Below the pieces are notes generated by a model. The model made no database searches. It saw only the letters and a list, made by a program, of their open reading frames with translations, and was not told where the DNA came from. A program made the translations under genes and the position numbers. A DNA stretch of 64,000 nucleotides from the NCBI GenBank assembly GCA_913063325.1, contig CAJXYE010000021.1, positions 215 through 64,214 of the forward strand, given 5' to 3'. Positions 40,609-49,732 of the stretch are shown here, one piece after another. This stretch comes from an uncultured Colwellia sp. GTDB taxonomy: Bacteria > Pseudomonadota > Gammaproteobacteria > Enterobacterales > Alteromonadaceae. Position 1 is the stretch's first letter; each line of letters opens with the position of its first letter.

Positions 40609-40682
40609 ATGTCAAATATCTTCAGGGAAGTTGACATTGGTATACATACTCTAAGGCGATTTCGCCCCCTGATTGCCATAGA
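40609..40682. repeat. Junction repeat, copy 2
   Basis: 40609-40669 matches 4957-5018 at 51 of 62 aligned positions (manual count), same orientation. Confidence 0.8.
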
Positions 40683-40882
40683 AAGTTCATATTGTTAGCT
40701 CAATTTTTTTATTTCAGTTGGACCTTATTGGCTGGTTGTCCCAGGAGGATGTTGTAAATACTCACATAGTTTATTAACACCTGGAATATAAAAAAATTAT
40801 GCTTTCGTAATAAATTTATACATGATCATATCTTCCTTGATACCTTGCATTATTCCTATAAATAAAATTAGAAGTCTATCAG

Positions 40883-41965
40883 TCAGAAAGAGTATTGCAA
40901 TCTCAATGAAACCGCATTACTTAACTCACTTTCACTACCCACTTCAAACTGCTTGGCTTTGATAAAATCGGCCATAAACTTAAGCTGCTTATTCACAGTA
41001 TAATTTACCCCAATAGAATATATCTGCGCTTCTCGCGCTTCTTCAATTAACTCAAACTGACTATAGCGACTAGTAAACTCCCAGCCAGGTGTTGTAACTG
41101 CGCCTAACTCACCTTTTTTATAGTTTCTATTGCCGCCAGAGAGTTGATAACTAAACTGCACATAACCCCCTTGATAGTCATAATCAGTATTATTAATGTC
41201 AGTTACAGTTGCCTGTTGCCATTCAGCCATGGTGGTAAATCCAGAGTGTTGCCATAAAAACTCTATACCTTGTAATGACGTTTTATCTGCCAATAATGTT
41301 TCACCTTCAATTAATGAATCAGATAAATGAACTTCCATTTTCTCATTAAGTCGAAAATCACTACCGTTAAGATCTCGCTCGCTAAAAGCTAAGCCTAGAT
41401 GCACTAATTCATTATCTTGTCGCCAAGGTAACCATGCTAACCTACCCGTAACTGCGGTAGAGCTTTCACTTTCATCTGGTTGGTAATAGCCTAACTGCCA
41501 ATTATATGAAGAGGCCCCTCCATCAAAATTAATACCTAAAGATCTACCTGGGGCTAATGCTGTAGTCACCAAACTTCTCTCTATCATTATGGCATCACGA
41601 GAGTGTGCTAATTTTTCTAAACCAAAACCTTCTTTTTGCTCGCCAATGGTTAAACCAGCCCAGTCCCAGCCTTTATACTTAATATAAGCATCTTTAATTT
41701 TGATACCGCTATCAGAGAAGTCTACTTTCAGTTTTGCTTGCCAATTATCAACAACCTTAGTTTTAAAGCTTAAACGCGCACGGCGAAGTTCAGATAAGGA
41801 CTGTGACTCATCGCCATCTTCAATAAAGCCCGATTCAAAGCTGTCATGATCTAACATTAAATCGCCAGATATTTTAATATCTTTTGCCCAAGTATTAGCA
41901 CTTAATAATGAACAAGCTAAAACAGAAATAACAGCGACTTTTTTGTCTGAGTTCAACTTAATCAT
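40883..41965 (-). CDS. OprO/OprP-family phosphate-selective porin
   Basis: Signal peptide; ELRRARL, KDAYI.Y, GEQKEGFGLE, ERS, GGYVQ, GVNY, C-terminal LQYSF. Confidence 0.85.
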   Translation of the reverse strand: MIKLNSDKKVAVISVLACSLLSANTWAKDIKISGDLMLDHDSFESGFIEDGDESQSLSELRRARLSFKTKVVDNWQAKLKVDFSDSGIKIKDAYIKYKGWDWAGLTIGEQKEGFGLEKLAHSRDAIMIERSLVTTALAPGRSLGINFDGGASSYNWQLGYYQPDESESSTAVTGRLAWLPWRQDNELVHLGLAFSERDLNGSDFRLNEKMEVHLSDSLIEGETLLADKTSLQGIEFLWQHSGFTTMAEWQQATVTDINNTDYDYQGGYVQFSYQLSGGNRNYKKGELGAVTTPGWEFTSRYSQFELIEEAREAQIYSIGVNYTVNKQLKFMADFIKAKQFEVGSESELSNAVSLRLQYSF

Positions 41966-42588
41966 GGCGTTACCTTAACGTCGTTATTGTATTCACTGGC
42001 GTAGTGTTTCATACAGTCATTTTGCGGGATAAAACTGATGCTAAGTTGTGCGGTATCACGCAAAAAATCAATGTGCTCAATCGTGACCATTTCCACTTGT
42101 AAGCCTGTTCGTTCTCTTAAATCATCAATTAGCTTACTTCGATTAGCTGGGGTAATGTTTTCGATACGCTCATAACAAATACTCTGTACCTGATAACGGC
42201 TACCAAAAATACTTGAGTCAATGACAAAAGCCAGTAAACAAATAACACCATTAAGTAGTATCAAATGGACTAGGTTCATTTGCCCTATTGAGGTTAATAA
42301 AGCAATGGCGGTTACTAAAAAGAGATAAGTCATTTCTTTAATAGAAATGGACTCTGTGCGATACCTAAGCATGGTAAAAACGGCAAAAAGACCAAATGAA
42401 AATTCCATCGACATATCAACGCCATGAAGTAGATAAGTGATAATAAAAATACCAACACCAAATAAAATAAATGAACCGGCAATAGTGGAATTTTTACTGA
42501 CGCGAAAATAACAGCCATAACATAGCAATGCTAATGAAAACAGGTTGATTACAAAACGTGAAACAAAGGTGATATCTAATTCAGTCAT
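41962..42588 (-). CDS. DUF4956-family membrane protein
   Basis: Several TM helices; FGLFAVFTMLRYRTE.I..KEMTYLF and DLRERTGL..IDFLRD motifs. Confidence 0.88.
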   Translation of the reverse strand: MTELDITFVSRFVINLFSLALLCYGCYFRVSKNSTIAGSFILFGVGIFIITYLLHGVDMSMEFSFGLFAVFTMLRYRTESISIKEMTYLFLVTAIALLTSIGQMNLVHLILLNGVICLLAFVIDSSIFGSRYQVQSICYERIENITPANRSKLIDDLRERTGLQVEMVTIEHIDFLRDTAQLSISFIPQNDCMKHYASEYNNDVKVTP

Positions 42589-42589
42589 A

Positions 42590-43507
42590 TTAATTACTCT
42601 TAAAAGGTGAAACGGTTTGGTGTTGATTAAATTTTGCTAATTGCGACAAAATCGCTTTAAAACGGTTGGTCTTTATTGATGAGTTGTACAAAAGTGCACA
42701 GCCAATACAATATTTACTAAAAGAAGTAGGGAAAATGTTATTGGCACTCATCAATTGATAAAAAGGTGAACGTTTAGATTTTTTAGCTTGCTTTAGCTCG
42801 GCGATAAAAAATCCGGGTAAATTTACTTTATTATTTCCTCTTCTGTTTTGATACCAAAGGTTAAAATCTATTGTTAACCGTTCAGCCTGTGCTTCATTAG
42901 CAAGAGCAATACGCTGGTATCCGCTTTTCTGGCTAATATCTAAATTATTGGCTGAGCTATTCATTTGCTCATTAATAAATTGTGTGCAGGTGGCGTACTC
43001 GCCTGCACTTTGTGAAAGTTTAATACGTGTTTTAATGGTCCGTTTTTTATTATTCTTAAGTTTAACTTCTAAAAATTCTGTATCGGTATCAACATAACGT
43101 CTACGCCTTACCTTATAGCGATTTAATTTACCATTATGATGATCACGATAAAAATCCATGTCGGGCGTATCAAAGTACTGATTATGATAATTTGAAATCC
43201 TGTTACCGTTTATATCAAGCACACTGTAGAAGCCAGTCAGTTGCATAAGTAAATCAGGTAAAAAGGAGATCGGTAATATAAATTTGCTATCAACCCTATC
43301 CATCAAATTAGCGTTATTAAGATCGGCTAAACCATGACCATCAAATTGACTCAATACGTTTAATAACGATTGTTCAGTAAACGTTTGTGCTTGCTCTAAT
43401 AAGTTTCTGTTTTCATAAATTGGTGTTTTTAATACCTTAGTATTTTGCGCATCAGAAAATAATCTATCGATTAGCTCATCATTAGCTAGTTGTGATTGAT
43501 TCAACAT
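42590..43507 (-). CDS. VTC-domain (polyphosphate polymerase / triphosphate tunnel) protein
   Basis: RVDSKF, YFDTPD, KVRRRRY, FLEVKLK, ERLTIDFNL, IAELK, FSKYC. Start placed at ATG 43507. Confidence 0.9.
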   Translation of the reverse strand: MLNQSQLANDELIDRLFSDAQNTKVLKTPIYENRNLLEQAQTFTEQSLLNVLSQFDGHGLADLNNANLMDRVDSKFILPISFLPDLLMQLTGFYSVLDINGNRISNYHNQYFDTPDMDFYRDHHNGKLNRYKVRRRRYVDTDTEFLEVKLKNNKKRTIKTRIKLSQSAGEYATCTQFINEQMNSSANNLDISQKSGYQRIALANEAQAERLTIDFNLWYQNRRGNNKVNLPGFFIAELKQAKKSKRSPFYQLMSANNIFPTSFSKYCIGCALLYNSSIKTNRFKAILSQLAKFNQHQTVSPFKSN

Positions 43508-43598
43508 GTTTGTCTCTTTGTATAATGGATAGCGGTAAGCAATTGATTGACAAAATTGAGTCTTTGCCTTTTCTGTCAATCAATTTATCATTTGGCAA

Positions 43599-46211
43599 CT
43601 AACGAGGTGGTTGGCCACCAACACCAGTACAAAACCCGCTGCCATTACCTGCGGTAGGTAAATCACCTTGCAATTGCTTTGTCATATTAGTTACGCGGTA
43701 ATCCATGAATTCGGTTAAGCCATAATAGCGGTCAACGGTGAAATACAAATTTTGTTCAAATTCGGCGTGGCTATAAAAACCGCTAGGATCATTCGCAACA
43801 TGCTCACTGATCACGTCGACAATATCAGCAATACGTGCACTAAATTCAGCACTTGATAAAGAGCCCTCAATTAATTGCCATAAATACCCATGATAAGTAT
43901 CTAAATTTTCTTGGCTAGCAAACGCACTCGCTACCATAGGTCGATCGGCAAGTGGTCCAGTAATTGGCTCATCAATATAAAGCTCTCTTACATCCACACC
44001 ATCACAGCCCATTGAAAATGAGCCAAATGCCTCATTAAAATCCCATGGTAATAAGCCAAAAACCCCATCTTGTTCATAAATATAATAGTTATGTGCTAAT
44101 GAACCGTGATAACTATCTAAGTTTGACAATGCAACACTCACCGACATATACCTAAGCAAACTATCAACATCAATGACCTCAGTTGAGCCTGCATCTATTT
44201 GTTCGACAAAATTAATAAAAGCACCGTTGTCTGTAGTTTCTTCATTGGTTTGTAGATTTATATCGCTATAACTGGAAACATCATCATCTATCCACTTTAA
44301 ATCACTACCAACACCGTCAGGTTTATAAAGGTCACCATTTGAATTAGCAAAATGGTTTTCTAAAAATTCACCGTCGATAACTTCAACCATCAAATAAAAA
44401 CCAAATAGCTCACCGTTAACATAGAAATTGACATAGGCATGCTCAGGCGTTGCTACACCCATTTCATCAAGTAAGTCATAGGCGATAACTTCGCGCATGT
44501 AAGTGGGATCGTTAAAGGAATTCTGTAAGGTGAACTTTTTCAAGCCGAAGAATTTTTGACCATCAACATATTTATTAATATCCAGTTTAAAGCTGTATCT
44601 GTCACTCGTTGAGCGAGCAACACTACTCAAACTTGAGCCGCCTTTAGTTCTAATGGCGACACTGTCTAACGTTACCCCATTAAAGGTAATGCTGGTATCA
44701 TGGTATTCTTCGTCAAGTGGATTTGCTAAAATATCTTGCCAGTTTTCACTGCTGATATTGATTGATAATTCATGAACAACCTTAGGGTTAAAAGCCGTCG
44801 CTAATTCATTCTCGCTACTTTGAGTTGGCGTTAAGAAGTCTTTATCCCAACTATAACCGTCATCTGAACCATAGCTTAGACCATAACTAAAACCTACATA
44901 GACATCACTGCCATCCCAATCAATATAATCAACCGTTTCATCATTTAAGATCAAACTCAATTCATCAGTATTACCTAATTTAAAAGGGACATAATACGTA
45001 TTAGGATCAACATCAGTTGCATAAATAACAATATATTCACCGGGAGCTAATACCGCATCAGGCAAATTAACAGGTGCAATATCATCATTTTTATCAATCA
45101 CTTGATAATTAGCTAAAGAAATATTTTCGCTAGAGTTATTGTACAACTCAAACCAGTCATTGCCCTCACTAACATCATTTGCGACAATCTCACTAATGAT
45201 CAATGTACGTCGATTGGCAAGTTGATTACTTGCTTCAGCAGAAGGTGTCAGCACTTGTGTGCCATCACTACCATCTGGAAAACGACCATAGCTGTAACCA
45301 ATTAACGCTTGACCTTTATTCCACTCAAGTTGGTCAACTAAGTTATCCCCTTGATACAAGCTGACATGATCACTTGCACCGAGTTTAAAACCAACAGTAT
45401 CTACTTCAGCAGCATCATCAGTGGTTGCATAAATACGATAAAAGTCACCAGCCGATAGTGTTACCTCAGGTAAACTGATTAATTCATCATTTTCATCGGC
45501 AAGTGTGTAATCACTTAAATTTACCGAAGACGAACCGCTAACGTATAGCTCAATCCAGTCATAGCCATCAGCACTATCTTTAGCAACAATTTCATTTATA
45601 CGTAATGGTACATTTTCATCAATAATTAAATCACGTTCTACTGTTTCAGTTGGTGTAGGTGTACTTTCTTGATTTACCGCTCCTGGTGTTGGCGATAAAA
45701 TTTGCACACTGCCGGTACCATCAGCAAATAAACCATAACTGAAACCTTCTGGAGCATCTCCCTCATCCCAGTCAAGTTGATCAACTTGTTCATCATTTTT
45801 AAATAAGGTAACCGCATCATCATTACCCAGTTTAAAGGTAACGTAATAACCATCCTCAGGAGGCGTATCACTTTCATCAATGGCTTGAATGACAATGAAT
45901 TCACCTTCAGCCAAAGAAATATCAGGCAGAGCTTGAGGTATATGTTCACTGTTATCATCTACTAAACTGTAATTGGCGAGATCTACACTACCCTCTACGG
46001 CATAAAGCTCAATCCAATCATTACCACCATCGACAGCATCAGCGACAATTTCATTGATAACAAGCTGTGAAGTTATGGGCGCTGTAGTATCTGTTGTGGT
46101 ATCTGTTGTAGTATCTGTTGTGGTATCTGTTGAATCACTTGAACCTCCGCAACCAGTAATCACACAGCTAGTTATCAGCAGTGAGCAGAATAAAAAGGGG
46201 GTATATTTCAT
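43599..46211 (-). CDS. CotH-family kinase lipoprotein with three lamin-tail-like domains
   Basis: Lipobox ITG-C, DTTT linker, three I(N/S)EIVA..DW(I/F)ELY repeats, CotH motifs IRTKGGSS, SFKLD, REVIAY, YVNG, LYK, NLDSY, HNYYIY, PWDFNEAFG. Confidence 0.9.
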   Translation of the reverse strand: MKYTPFLFCSLLITSCVITGCGGSSDSTDTTTDTTTDTTTDTTAPITSQLVINEIVADAVDGGNDWIELYAVEGSVDLANYSLVDDNSEHIPQALPDISLAEGEFIVIQAIDESDTPPEDGYYVTFKLGNDDAVTLFKNDEQVDQLDWDEGDAPEGFSYGLFADGTGSVQILSPTPGAVNQESTPTPTETVERDLIIDENVPLRINEIVAKDSADGYDWIELYVSGSSSVNLSDYTLADENDELISLPEVTLSAGDFYRIYATTDDAAEVDTVGFKLGASDHVSLYQGDNLVDQLEWNKGQALIGYSYGRFPDGSDGTQVLTPSAEASNQLANRRTLIISEIVANDVSEGNDWFELYNNSSENISLANYQVIDKNDDIAPVNLPDAVLAPGEYIVIYATDVDPNTYYVPFKLGNTDELSLILNDETVDYIDWDGSDVYVGFSYGLSYGSDDGYSWDKDFLTPTQSSENELATAFNPKVVHELSINISSENWQDILANPLDEEYHDTSITFNGVTLDSVAIRTKGGSSLSSVARSTSDRYSFKLDINKYVDGQKFFGLKKFTLQNSFNDPTYMREVIAYDLLDEMGVATPEHAYVNFYVNGELFGFYLMVEVIDGEFLENHFANSNGDLYKPDGVGSDLKWIDDDVSSYSDINLQTNEETTDNGAFINFVEQIDAGSTEVIDVDSLLRYMSVSVALSNLDSYHGSLAHNYYIYEQDGVFGLLPWDFNEAFGSFSMGCDGVDVRELYIDEPITGPLADRPMVASAFASQENLDTYHGYLWQLIEGSLSSAEFSARIADIVDVISEHVANDPSGFYSHAEFEQNLYFTVDRYYGLTEFMDYRVTNMTKQLQGDLPTAGNGSGFCTGVGGQPPR

Positions 46212-46262
46212 AAACTCTTCTCAAATTTAAAATCAATGGAAAAGTTAATTTATAAAAAAAGG

Positions 46263-46279
46263 GTGCAAACAATGTGCAT
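46263..46279 (-). promoter_or_regulatory. OmpR-type direct-repeat box upstream of cotH
   Basis: Plus strand GTGCAAACAATGTGCAT; near-identical to 47255-47271 and 49534-49550. Confidence 0.7.
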
Positions 46280-46327
46280 ATAATGAGGAACATTTAATTA
46301 CAATGCTGATTATTTAGTTACAATGCA

Positions 46328-46358
46328 AAAAGTCACTTTTTGTTAAAAAAGTGACTTT
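46328..46358 (-). terminator. Stem-loop/terminator after the 46424 ORF
   Basis: AAAGTCACTTTTT...AAAAAGTGACTTT inverted repeat. Confidence 0.65.
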
Positions 46359-46423
46359 CAAAGAAAAACTTAAATAGAGTTTACTCGCTGATATAAATCA
46401 TCTATTACACTAAACACATTTTA

Positions 46424-46894
46424 TTATGCGCTAGTATTTATAATAGATTCTCCGTCTTCAATATCAAATTTTTCAAAGACTTGAGCCAATATTGATTGTT
46501 TGTCTTCATCTGTCAAAGTACTTTTATTGTTATCCGATAATTTTTCCTCTAACAGCTCGGCAAGGTAATCAACCATCGAGGTTATTTCTTCTGAACTTTG
46601 TTTTTCCGGAGGAGGTGGTGGTCTACCACCACTGTCAGAGACATTTGCTAATTCACCAATACTCTTAGCATCGAAACCAAATTCAGACATCGACTTTTCA
46701 AGTGCCGCTCCTGCCTGAATACCGGCCTGCGAAAATGCCTCAACAATACTCACTGCATCAGCTTCACTCATATTGTCAGCATCAAACTGAGATAAGGTGT
46801 CAGAAATTAGTTGCTGTTGATCTTCAGATAAGTTTTGTTCTGTTCTTGGTCGCTGTGGCGGTATTGACATGCCAGAAGTTATTGAATCAATCAT
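46424..46894 (-). CDS. Acidic hypothetical protein with PPPPP motif
   Basis: Likely start ATG 46894 overlapping the EF-hand gene stop; the longer 47056 frame is probably a spurious extension. Confidence 0.7.
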   Translation of the reverse strand: MIDSITSGMSIPPQRPRTEQNLSEDQQQLISDTLSQFDADNMSEADAVSIVEAFSQAGIQAGAALEKSMSEFGFDAKSIGELANVSDSGGRPPPPPEKQSSEEITSMVDYLAELLEEKLSDNNKSTLTDEDKQSILAQVFEKFDIEDGESIINTSA

Positions 46895-47195
46895 GACGTT
46901 TTCCCCTGCCACTTTTAGGCTGTGGTGGTATATGGTTGTCAAATTCTTCTTGGCTAATAATACCATTCTTATCAGTATCGATACTGTCAAAAATGGTTTG
47001 GTGATCGCCATGGGGAATTTCATGTGATGAAAATTCATCAAATTCAATATCACCATCCGTATTAATATCTATTGATTCAAAACTAGGTCGTTGATGTTTC
47101 TGCCCTCTTTCCCGCGAGGCATCTTTTGCCTGAGCCTGACTCGCTACGGCAATTAACAGTGTAACTAGTAGTATTACTTTGCTATGAATATTCAT
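46887..47195 (-). CDS. Secreted two-EF-hand protein
   Basis: AGGAG RBS, ATG 47195, signal peptide AQA, loops DINTDGDIEFDE and DTDKNGIISQEE. Confidence 0.88.
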   Translation of the reverse strand: MNIHSKVILLVTLLIAVASQAQAKDASRERGQKHQRPSFESIDINTDGDIEFDEFSSHEIPHGDHQTIFDSIDTDKNGIISQEEFDNHIPPQPKSGRGKRHD

Positions 47196-47254
47196 AAAAT
47201 CTCCTATTGCGTTATATGCAAAACTTACTTTCACACAAAGCTTAACAATAGAAA

Positions 47255-47271
47255 ATGCAAACAATGTGCAC
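47255..47271 (-). promoter_or_regulatory. OmpR-type direct-repeat box upstream of the EF-hand gene
   Basis: Plus strand ATGCAAACAATGTGCAC. Confidence 0.7.
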
Positions 47272-47300
47272 AAATAAAGGAAGTTAAAAAATAAGTGGGC

Positions 47301-47966
47301 TTATAAAACCAAGTGATAACCTGTGCCGTAGACTGATGTTATCCAATCTTTCCCGTCACTTATGCCAGCAAGTTTCTTGCGCAATTTTTTTATATGGCTG
47401 TCGATGGTGCGATTATTAACAATGCGGTGATCTGAATACATATCTACCATTAGCTGCTCTCGGGTAAAAATACGTTCAGGTTTAGCCGCGAGCGGTTTTA
47501 ACAATTGAAATTCTACCGATGTTAATTTAACTTCTTGTTGGTTATAGGCAACTGTAAAACGATGTTCGTCAAGGTGAAGAGTATTTAGGCTAGTAGCCAC
47601 GGTTTGAGCTCGTCGCATTACCGCTTTTACTCTAGCAACAACTTCCCGAAGGCTAAAAGGTTTGCAAATATAATCATCTGCACCTAACTCGAGTCCCAGT
47701 AACCTATCTATTTCATCAACTTTTGCGGTAATCATGAGAATAGGCACATTTGAAAACTGGCGAATTTCTTTACATAGTTCAATACCGTTTTTACCCGGTA
47801 GCATAATATCAAGCAAAATAGCGCTTGGCTCATGCTCTTTCACCCAACTAATAACGTCATCGCCATGATGTATTAAGTGCGCAAGGTAATCAGCACTTCG
47901 AAAGTAGTCTGCCAATAAATTAGCAAGCTTCACCTCATCTTCGACAATCAATATTGTTTTTGTCAT
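47301..47966 (-). CDS. OmpR-family response regulator (BaeR-like)
   Basis: IVEDE, LLDIMLP, GADDYICKPF, RTIDSHIKKLRKK, VYGTGY. Confidence 0.93.
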   Translation of the reverse strand: MTKTILIVEDEVKLANLLADYFRSADYLAHLIHHGDDVISWVKEHEPSAILLDIMLPGKNGIELCKEIRQFSNVPILMITAKVDEIDRLLGLELGADDYICKPFSLREVVARVKAVMRRAQTVATSLNTLHLDEHRFTVAYNQQEVKLTSVEFQLLKPLAAKPERIFTREQLMVDMYSDHRIVNNRTIDSHIKKLRKKLAGISDGKDWITSVYGTGYHLVL

Positions 47967-47993
47967 AGTAACTCTCTAACAATTTATATTTGG

Positions 47994-49466
47994 TTAAGTA
48001 ATTGGCAATTTAATCACAATAGCTAAACCGCCTGAACTCGCATGCTCTGCTGAAATTTCACCTTGATGGGCAATCACAATGTGGCGGCAAATTGATAAGC
48101 CTAAGCCAGAGCCGCCTGTTTTACGGTTTCGAGAATCATCAACACGATATAAGTGTTCAAATACCTTGTCTAAATGACTATCATCAATGCCAACGCCATT
48201 ATCTTCAAACCTTATCACGGCTAGAGGCTTAGGCTTATCGTCTTCAACATGCAAAGATATTTTAAGCTCAGTACCACTTGAATACTTAATGACATTATTA
48301 ATAATATTCTCAAACAGTTGATGTAACCGTGTTTTATCAACGTAAGCACTTATCTTTATTTCAGTAATATCTAAGCTAAGCTGTATTGCCGCATCAGACA
48401 AATAACGGCGATATTTAGCCAGTTCATTTGGTAATACAACCGTTAACTCTTCATGTTGTTTTTGATAACGCATACCGCCAATATCTGCAGAAGTCAGTTG
48501 TTGTAAATCATCAATAAGTCGTTTTAAATGTTTTAATTCGTCATTAGCAGAAGCGAGGTTACTCTTAGTCAGCGGCCTAATATCATCAAGCATAGCTTCA
48601 AGTTCGCCACTTAGAATAGCAATAGGTGTACGTAATTCATGAGATATGTTGGCTAACCAACGCTTTCTATTAGTTTCATTCTCCGACAAAGTCAGGGCTA
48701 GTTCATTATAATCTCGACTCAAGTCACCAAGCTCATCCTGTCGCTTTAAATGAATAGCTTGCTGATAGTCACCTTGTGTTAGTTTATGCACGCCACGCGT
48801 AATTAATTTAATAGGTTCAACCACATGCCGAGTAAGTGGTAAAGTAACTAAAGCGACTAAACTCATACAAAGTAAGGCAATGATCCACAAATATTTTTGT
48901 TGCTGCTCAATAAAATCTAACTCGTAACCTTGGGTGAGTTTATTGCGTTTAGAAACAGCCAAAAATCCAACCACTTTTTTGTTTACCAATATTTTAGTTT
49001 TACTGTACTCCAACCTTTTAAGCAGCTTACCAGTAATAAGGTTTTCATTAAAATCAAGTAAGGCATAATGTGCTTCACCCCCAGCAGAATTAGGTGGAGG
49101 AGGTCTGCCAGGTGATGAATCACTTCTTGGTTTATGATGCTTTAATGACGAGTGCTTTGGTGGTCGACCACGAAAGTCATTTTGTGATGAAGGCCTTGGT
49201 CTTTCTGAAAATTCACTCTCACTAAGCTGGTCTAGAATTAAGTGCCGAAACTTACCATTTTTCCCTTGCATTGTCTGCCAGTTATCGTTTTGTTCATATT
49301 CTTTCGCAAGTATTTTTACGATCGGTGTCAGAGTTTCTATTTCTTTAGTATTTACATATTCGATCATGCCTTTGCCGATACTCCACTGCATAAGCAAAAC
49401 TAACAGCACCACTAATAACAGACTAAAGCAGAAAAATATTAAAAAAAACTTTTTTTGAATATTCAT
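47994..49466 (-). CDS. Sensor histidine kinase (BaeS-like)
   Basis: Two TM segments, HAMP, ISHELRTP, DNGVGI, GGSGLGLSI; Pro/Arg/His-rich periplasmic loop. Start ATG 49466. Confidence 0.93.
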   Translation of the reverse strand: MNIQKKFFLIFFCFSLLLVVLLVLLMQWSIGKGMIEYVNTKEIETLTPIVKILAKEYEQNDNWQTMQGKNGKFRHLILDQLSESEFSERPRPSSQNDFRGRPPKHSSLKHHKPRSDSSPGRPPPPNSAGGEAHYALLDFNENLITGKLLKRLEYSKTKILVNKKVVGFLAVSKRNKLTQGYELDFIEQQQKYLWIIALLCMSLVALVTLPLTRHVVEPIKLITRGVHKLTQGDYQQAIHLKRQDELGDLSRDYNELALTLSENETNRKRWLANISHELRTPIAILSGELEAMLDDIRPLTKSNLASANDELKHLKRLIDDLQQLTSADIGGMRYQKQHEELTVVLPNELAKYRRYLSDAAIQLSLDITEIKISAYVDKTRLHQLFENIINNVIKYSSGTELKISLHVEDDKPKPLAVIRFEDNGVGIDDSHLDKVFEHLYRVDDSRNRKTGGSGLGLSICRHIVIAHQGEISAEHASSGGLAIVIKLPIT

Positions 49467-49533
49467 AAAAATCAATAACCTCAATGTGGTTCAAGCAAAT
49501 ATAGAGTTAATTATGGAATAATAACGAAGAAAT

Positions 49534-49550
49534 GTGCAAAGATTGTGCAT
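49534..49550 (-). promoter_or_regulatory. OmpR-type direct-repeat box upstream of the kinase gene
   Basis: Plus strand GTGCAAAGATTGTGCAT. Confidence 0.65.
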
Positions 49551-49732
49551 AAATAAGAAACACTGCGATAAAACATAATATATTAGCATTGCAAAGTTAA
49601 TGAATATTCGAGTTGAAGTCTACTTTGAACCCCATTAAAAATGGGGTTGCCACAGTACAGGTTAGATATAAATACTGATGATTTTCTGATTTATATTGGA
49701 TGTCAACAATACGTATTGAGTAAAAAATTGAA

